Shown piece after piece: positions 24,764-29,615 of a stretch of DNA of 29,615 nt. Numbering within the stretch: the first letter of the stretch is position 1; the number at the start of each line of letters is the position of its first letter. The notes below the pieces were generated by a model. That model was not told where the DNA came from. It ran no database searches and worked only from the letters and a program-made list of their open reading frames with translations. The position numbers were made by a program, and so were the translations under genes. Source of the DNA: a virus (lineage: Duplodnaviria > Caudoviricetes); the IMG/VR virus record IMGVR_UViG_3300025018_000432, positions 1 through 29,615 of that record. One strand, given 5' to 3'.

Positions 24764-26008
24764 ATGCAAACAATCAATTACACGAAATTATATAAAAGAG
24801 CTACTAATCGTAAATCAGACAAGCTCGGGAAAATTCAGGAATGGTCTTGCTGGCTTGAAGATTGTGGTAAGGATGGAATAGCTATCTGTAGACAATCAGG
24901 TCAAATAGATGGCAAGCAGAGCCTGAAAAAGAAATATATCAAGAAAGGTAAGAACATTGGCAAAGCCAATGAAACTACTGCCCTTGCGCAAGCTGCCTTT
25001 GAATTGAACAACATGGTGCAAGCTAAACTCGAGGACAATTGTGTTCTTGACATCCATGATGTTGATAATGATCCTACGTATCTCTATCCTGCTCTTGCTG
25101 TGTCGCATGATTTAAAGAAAACCAAAGCATTGCTGAAGAAGAGAGGATATCTTTACGTACAGCCTAAATTCAATGGCGCTAGGTGTTGGCATATAGGTCA
25201 TCTTGATGAATTTCATCCTCATGTAAATACGCCTACACATATTATGATGTCCAGAAATCTCAAACCGTTTGATACCATAGAGCACATTCATAATGCAGTG
25301 CATGAATGCTTTGGTGATTATACGCCCGATGGAGAAGTCTTCAAAGAGGGTTTTGATTTCCAGACTATCATTTCTCTCCTGAAGAAAGAATATCGGATAG
25401 GCGAAAATACTGATTATCCTAATTTTTGTACTGGTATGCTAGATTATCATGTATACGATTTGGCATTGCCTCGTATGACATATGAAGAGAGAAAAAACCT
25501 GCTTGATGGTCTTATTGAGGATTATTACATCAACAATCCAGGTGCAGTTCTTCCTATCATCCCTGTAAAGACCTTTAAGGTTACATCGATGGAAGAGATT
25601 GATGATTATAACAGCCAATTTATTCTTGATGACTATGAAGGTCTGATCATTCGTGACCCAGAATCATTGTACGGATTTAATGACCGAAACGATTCGCTGA
25701 TTAAGTTCAAGAAATTTTATGATGCTGAATTCAAGATCATTGGTCATGAGGTAGAAATTTGGGATGATTTTCTTTGTGGTATTCACAGAGAATTGGTAAT
25801 CTGGCGATGTGTTACTGATAAAGGATTTGAATTCAGGTCAAGACCAAAAGGATCCTTTCTTGAGCGTGAAAGATTGTGCAAGAATGCCTCAGATTATTAC
25901 GGTAAATTTCTTACTGTAAGATATCAGGAATTGTCCCAAGACGGTGTACCGATCATGAACATTGGCAAGGGAATTATTGATGCTGAAGGAGTAAGGGATT
26001 ACGAATAA
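24764..26008 (+). CDS. ATP-dependent DNA ligase
   Basis: Motif I QPKFNGARC, PDGEVF, YHVYD, YEGLIIR, LIKFK and OB-fold GKFLTVRYQELSQDGVP; N-terminal extension KGKNIGKANETT. Confidence 0.9.
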   Translation: MQTINYTKLYKRATNRKSDKLGKIQEWSCWLEDCGKDGIAICRQSGQIDGKQSLKKKYIKKGKNIGKANETTALAQAAFELNNMVQAKLEDNCVLDIHDVDNDPTYLYPALAVSHDLKKTKALLKKRGYLYVQPKFNGARCWHIGHLDEFHPHVNTPTHIMMSRNLKPFDTIEHIHNAVHECFGDYTPDGEVFKEGFDFQTIISLLKKEYRIGENTDYPNFCTGMLDYHVYDLALPRMTYEERKNLLDGLIEDYYINNPGAVLPIIPVKTFKVTSMEEIDDYNSQFILDDYEGLIIRDPESLYGFNDRNDSLIKFKKFYDAEFKIIGHEVEIWDDFLCGIHRELVIWRCVTDKGFEFRSRPKGSFLERERLCKNASDYYGKFLTVRYQELSQDGVPIMNIGKGIIDAEGVRDYE

Positions 26009-26022
26009 TGGTCATTTTACTC

Positions 26023-26073
26023 TTGACATCGCCTGAGGATTATGTTATACTCTTTATATAAGATCAATTGAGA
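26023..26073 (+). promoter_or_regulatory. Sigma70-type early promoter cassette, extended class
   Basis: TTGACA 26023-26028, 17 bp, TG-T-TATACT 26046-26051, CTTTATATAAGATCAATTGAGAG. Confidence 0.85.
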
Positions 26074-26102
26074 GCAAAATTACATTTTAAGGAGTATAAC
26101 AT

Positions 26103-26267
26103 ATGATTGAATATCTAGTCATTTTTTTACAATACAGCATTTTCTCCGAAAAAGTTGAAACATATTATGATTTCTTCATGGCTGATTCTAAGGAAATGGC
26201 AGCATCAATGTGTAGATGGAAGCATGGTGATGGTATTGGTGTCGAGGAAGTTATTGTATTTGAATAA
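26103..26267 (+). CDS. Hypothetical 54-aa protein (absent from the ORF track)
   Basis: AAGGAG RBS, ATG 26103, MIEYLVIFLQ...EEVIVFE, translated by hand. Confidence 0.55.
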   Translation: MIEYLVIFLQYSIFSEKVETYYDFFMADSKEMAASMCRWKHGDGIGVEEVIVFE

Positions 26268-26283
26268 ACATAAGGAGAATATA

Positions 26284-26445
26284 ATGCAATACGATCATGA
26301 ACATAAATGGAAGTATAAACCTGAAAGGGAAGGTTACATGGGAGAAATTGTTCTTGAATGCGAAGGTTGTGGAGAAGTTTTCTACAATGCGCAAGAATGG
26401 TTCTCTGAGGAAGAAATTCAGGCGATTAAGGAGCAAATAGATTGA
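26284..26445 (+). CDS. Small zinc-ribbon-like protein (53 aa)
   Basis: AAGGAG RBS before ATG 26284; HEHKW...CEGCG. Confidence 0.6.
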   Translation: MQYDHEHKWKYKPEREGYMGEIVLECEGCGEVFYNAQEWFSEEEIQAIKEQID

Positions 26446-26792
26446 AAGATTGGTTTCAAGAACAAATAGTAGGCCCGGTTCGAGAAGTAGCAAAGAACAT
26501 AGGACCTGAAAGAAGTTCAGGTTGGTCTTCTTGTCGCAAAAAACATATTACTAAAAACAACTTTTGTGCTGTGTGTGGCACAAAGAAATCTTTACAAGTA
26601 CATCATATTGTGCCTTTTCATCTAAGGCCTGATCTTGAATTGGAAGAATCAAATCTAATAACCCTTTGTCTCAAGGATCATTTTTTATTTGGTCATTTGA
26701 GAGATTGGAAGAGTTGGAATTCTGCTGTTGATGTTGATGCTAATAATTGGCTGTCAAGAATAAAAGAAAGACCATATAAAACAAAGGAGTAA
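26442..26792 (+). CDS. Small HNH endonuclease
   Basis: CAVCG...LQVHHIVPF...SNLITLCLKDHFLFGH. Confidence 0.85.
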   Translation: MKDWFQEQIVGPVREVAKNIGPERSSGWSSCRKKHITKNNFCAVCGTKKSLQVHHIVPFHLRPDLELEESNLITLCLKDHFLFGHLRDWKSWNSAVDVDANNWLSRIKERPYKTKE

Positions 26793-26793
26793 T

Positions 26794-27312
26794 ATGCAGG
26801 AAAAAACATTGATAATTGTAAATGGTTTCCCAAGAGCAGGCAAAGACACATTCATAGATTATTACAGTGAATTATGGCGACAGGCTGGATTAAATGTTGT
26901 AAAGCATTCCACAATTGATACTTGCAAGTCAATTGCAAGTAATATGGGTTGGAATGGCGAAAAAACTCCTGAAATGAGGAATATGCTTTCTGAGCTTAAG
27001 GATCTGTATACAAAATACTTTGATGGTCCTCTTAATGAAATTAAGAAGCTCCTTAAAGAGCCATGTATTGATATGCTGTTTGTAGCAATGAGAGAGCCTG
27101 CAGAAATCAAACGTACTGTTGAATGGGCTGAAGCTAATGGAATCAGGTGCCAAACATTTCTTATCAGGAGCAAGAGAGAAGAAAGGAACCATGATTCTCA
27201 TTCAGACCAATTAGTTCTTGATTATCCTTATAGCCTGTATCTAGGTAATAATGGTACTGAGGAAGATTTTAAAAAAAGCATAGAGGATTTTTTCAATTAC
27301 ATGATTAAATGA
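26794..27312 (+). CDS. P-loop kinase, dNMP-kinase-like
   Basis: IVNGFPRAGKDTF, MGWNGEK, MREPAEI, NNGT. Confidence 0.7.
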   Translation: MQEKTLIIVNGFPRAGKDTFIDYYSELWRQAGLNVVKHSTIDTCKSIASNMGWNGEKTPEMRNMLSELKDLYTKYFDGPLNEIKKLLKEPCIDMLFVAMREPAEIKRTVEWAEANGIRCQTFLIRSKREERNHDSHSDQLVLDYPYSLYLGNNGTEEDFKKSIEDFFNYMIK

Positions 27313-27320
27313 GGTGAAAC

Positions 27321-27551
27321 ATGTTTGTTGATTACATATATTGCACACATTGTGGCTATGAAGATTGGGGCGTATTCATTGCGTACAGTCGAGCGACGGC
27401 TGATAGTGACTGAGTATACAAGATTCCATAATGGCAGCCTAGGTTTCTCTGGTATGCAATTTGGAATTTATGTTACTGTGTGCTATTTTTCTTAATGGGA
27501 ATACCTTTACTGCTATGGTCCATTACACCGCAAAGATGGTGGGAAGCATAG
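27321..27551 (+). pseudogene. Possible decayed gene or genes
   Basis: GAGGTG RBS, MFVDYIYCTHCG...; in-frame TGA and TAA, after which the same frame reads as a hydrophobic stretch WQPRFLWYAIWNLCYCVLFFLMGIPLLLW. Confidence 0.35.
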
Positions 27552-27582
27552 CAGCTCAATCTCTAATTTTACAGGAGTGATA

Positions 27583-27843
27583 ATGACAGAAAAGAAATAT
27601 ATGATGGCCACAAAAGCCTATCATAAATTAGGTGATATTTCATCGGATGTTCCTGATTTGTGTGTTGTGAAGAGAGAAACCGAAACAGATTGGTATGGCT
27701 CTTGGGTTACTGATTTTGGGATTGTCGATGTTAGGTTCCCGAAAGAAACTACAAGAGAGCTTACTACTGATGAAATTAATAACTACAATGCAATGTATGT
27801 GCAAATTGTCAATCCACTAGCAAGAAAACTAACCGTAAATTAG
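27583..27843 (+). CDS. Hypothetical protein
   Basis: AGGAG RBS, ATG 27583. Confidence 0.7.
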   Translation: MTEKKYMMATKAYHKLGDISSDVPDLCVVKRETETDWYGSWVTDFGIVDVRFPKETTRELTTDEINNYNAMYVQIVNPLARKLTVN

Positions 27844-27852
27844 GAGATTATT

Positions 27853-28086
27853 ATGACTGAGCAAAAAGTGTATGATAGATTTGGAAAACGGCTTCGCAAA
27901 GGTGACAAGGTAATTTACTTCAGGAAAACTGATGCTGGCGTTGATTCCTTTAAAGGCAAGATTGAAAGCTTTGGTGATAAGGTTGTGTATATTACTTGCA
28001 AGCCTCTTGCAGATGCCAGAGGACCACAGCCTGAGTCTGGGTGGGGAAAATCTCCTTCTAGTTTAATACGAGTAAAGAAATATTAA
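27853..28086 (+). CDS. Small SH3/KOW-like beta protein
   Basis: DRFGKRLRKGDKVIYF; AGGAG RBS. Confidence 0.6.
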   Translation: MTEQKVYDRFGKRLRKGDKVIYFRKTDAGVDSFKGKIESFGDKVVYITCKPLADARGPQPESGWGKSPSSLIRVKKY

Positions 28087-28104
28087 AAATAAGTATCTTT
28101 TCTG

Positions 28105-28157
28105 TTGACAAGCAACCTCCTAAATGTTATACTCTCTATATAAGATTGATTGAGAGA
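28105..28157 (+). promoter_or_regulatory. Sigma70-type early promoter cassette, extended class
   Basis: TTGACA 28105-28110, 17 bp, TG-T-TATACT 28128-28133, CTCTATATAAGATTGATTGAGAGA. Confidence 0.85.
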
Positions 28158-28180
28158 TAAACATTTAAGGAGGTTTTTTT

Positions 28181-28381
28181 ATGGATGATAAAGAAATGGA
28201 AATGAGTATGCTGCTTGATGATATTAAATTTCATGCCAAATCAGGCATAGATTGTAATTTAGATCCTGATCGTATCCGACGGATCATAAATTACATTCGA
28301 GTAGCAGTTGATGTTCTTGAAAGATTGGATGATGAGCGCAAAGTTGAAGCATTAACCAAAGCATATGAGAGAGCATTATAA
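28181..28381 (+). CDS. Hypothetical protein
   Basis: AAGGAGG RBS; TAATG overlap with the next gene. Confidence 0.7.
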   Translation: MDDKEMEMSMLLDDIKFHAKSGIDCNLDPDRIRRIINYIRVAVDVLERLDDERKVEALTKAYERAL

Positions 28382-28686
28382 TGAATGATTTCACTGAATC
28401 TCCAGAATTCAAGACATTTTACGAAGACCTTGTTAAAAGAATCACTGAGTATTTTGAAAGGGAATATCCGAAAATGGATCCTCCGAAGTATTCTTTCAAG
28501 AAAGGAAAGAAGTTTGTGAAAATTATCCGGGATACTTCTGTCTATGCTTTCATCCAGATTGATAACGGTGATGTGCTGAAACCTGCTTCTTGGAATGCTC
28601 CTGCGAAACATGCAAGAGGAAATATTTATGCTGATGATCATGGGCTTGATTGTTGCGGCCATTACAGTGTTGCTTACCTACGATAA
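28381..28686 (+). CDS. Conserved phage hypothetical protein
   Basis: GKKFVKI...SVYAFI...GDVLKPASWNAPAKHARGNI motif, recalled as widespread in large phages. Confidence 0.7.
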   Translation: MNDFTESPEFKTFYEDLVKRITEYFEREYPKMDPPKYSFKKGKKFVKIIRDTSVYAFIQIDNGDVLKPASWNAPAKHARGNIYADDHGLDCCGHYSVAYLR

Positions 28687-28700
28687 CAGGAGATTATAAA

Positions 28701-29123
28701 ATGAATAACAATGAAGATGCAAAAGAAGTTCGTGATATTCTTGATATGCTAGAAATGAATGTCAAAGAAGTGGAAACATTCACAGCAACAATTTATGTCG
28801 GCTCTTATGTTAATGAAACAAAAGAAACTATAAAGAGAAGTGTAGTTGAGGATACCCTTAAAGCCTACTGCGATTCTGTTGGTTTTTGTGTCACCCTCAC
28901 TGACACGCAATTCATATATACAGAAGGAAGCGAACCTGGATATATTGTTGGCTTGATCAATTATCCCAGGTTCCCTAAGGCAAAGAAGGATGTTCTTGAG
29001 AATGCATTTACAATTGCTTTCATGCTGAAAACAGTATGTAAACAGCAAAGGGTAACTTTTGTTACTGACAGTAAAACTTATATGCTTTCAGACAAAGAAA
29101 GTCTTGACAATGATCTAGAATAA
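28701..29123 (+). CDS. Hypothetical protein
   Basis: AGGAG RBS places the start at 28701; FIYTEGSEPG...LINYPRFP...KQQRV. Confidence 0.7.
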   Translation: MNNNEDAKEVRDILDMLEMNVKEVETFTATIYVGSYVNETKETIKRSVVEDTLKAYCDSVGFCVTLTDTQFIYTEGSEPGYIVGLINYPRFPKAKKDVLENAFTIAFMLKTVCKQQRVTFVTDSKTYMLSDKESLDNDLE

Positions 29124-29158
29124 TGTTATGCTCTCTATATATAAGATTGATTGAGAGA
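29104..29158 (+). promoter_or_regulatory. Sigma70-type early promoter cassette, extended class
   Basis: TTGACA 29104-29109, 17 bp, TG-T-TATGCT 29127-29132, CTCTATATATAAGATTGATTGAGAGA. Confidence 0.82.
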
Positions 29159-29187
29159 AAAAATAAATTCTGTGAGGAGAAAACAAA

Positions 29188-29586
29188 ATGGCTAAAGTAA
29201 TAAATTATACACCTAATTTCTGTAAATGTGGTGCAGAGCCTGTAATGGTTCAATGGGAAGATACACTGAAACCTAATGCAACATGGATTGAATGCAAATC
29301 ATGTGGTATGATGACGAAAACATATTACGATAAAGTGCCTTTGAAAGCAAAAGAGAAGGCACTGAAGGCCTGGAACAAGAAAGCAAAAACGAGAAAGAAA
29401 CTTGAGAATGGTTTCAAATCTTGTGAAAAATGTGGCTCTGAGGATGTCGTATTTGAGGTTCAGGAATTTGTATCTTTCAGTGTTAATTTGTTACAATGCC
29501 AAGGATGCGGTCTGATCCTTGATTCTATGGATGAAGAAGGCCATGAGTACACCAAAAAAGAAATGCAATCTCTTTGGAATAAATAG
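29188..29586 (+). CDS. Tandem Lar-like (restriction alleviation) zinc-finger protein
   Basis: Two units of C-x(1-2)-CG...CxxCG...WNK. Confidence 0.65.
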   Translation: MAKVINYTPNFCKCGAEPVMVQWEDTLKPNATWIECKSCGMMTKTYYDKVPLKAKEKALKAWNKKAKTRKKLENGFKSCEKCGSEDVVFEVQEFVSFSVNLLQCQGCGLILDSMDEEGHEYTKKEMQSLWNK

Positions 29587-29615
29587 GAGAATTTTCATAT
29601 ATATATATAAGTAAG

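Noticed and set aside
25159-25185. Ligase motif I reads KFNG instead of KxDG
   Set aside because: KxNG variants occur in phage and other ATP-dependent ligases and all other motifs are intact
26155-26283. N-terminal extension of the 96-aa ORF in the track
   Set aside because: A separate RBS-led ORF (26103-26267) occupies this stretch, and a strong RBS precedes ATG 26284
26-29158. Repeated cassette as a CRISPR array or insertion-sequence end
   Set aside because: Copies are 1-9 kb apart, carry -35/-10 boxes at 17-18 bp spacing, and have no regular spacers, transposase or target duplications
1-29615. Stop-codon reassignment
   Set aside because: Conserved genes are full length in the standard code, and TAA, TAG and TGA all end genes at plausible positions
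1-29615. tRNA, rRNA or riboswitch genes
   Set aside because: No cloverleaf or T-loop context found by eye, intergenic gaps are short and explained by promoters, and no preQ1-like leader was recognised; a covariance-model scan would be needed to exclude them

Overview
AT-rich, gene-dense, almost entirely plus-strand segment of a large T4-like (Tevenvirinae-related or larger myovirus-type) phage genome, read with the standard bacterial code. It carries replication/recombination genes: UvsX recombinase, a gp41 helicase fractured into two genes by an atypically split intein (17-aa N-part, 128-aa C-part), gp61 primase and an ATP-dependent DNA ligase. The centre (about 8.8-19.9 kb) is an unusually elaborate 7-deazaguanine DNA-modification region: an HNH-QueD fusion, QueE, FolE, a PD-(D/E)xK nuclease, two tandem TGT/DpdA-like transglycosylases that both look catalytically intact, a nucleoside 2-deoxyribosyltransferase-like protein, a second QueD-like (DpdL-type) T-fold protein, a radical SAM/SPASM enzyme and two glycosyltransferases. 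No QueC is visible in the window. This points to a possibly undescribed, further-decorated (perhaps glycosylated) deazaguanine base. Transcription appears to run from about 15 near-consensus sigma70 promoters, 10 of which share a conserved downstream extension. Small late-gene islands with T4-type late promoters and terminators are interspersed. All protein assignments come from motifs read by eye; no database searches were run.
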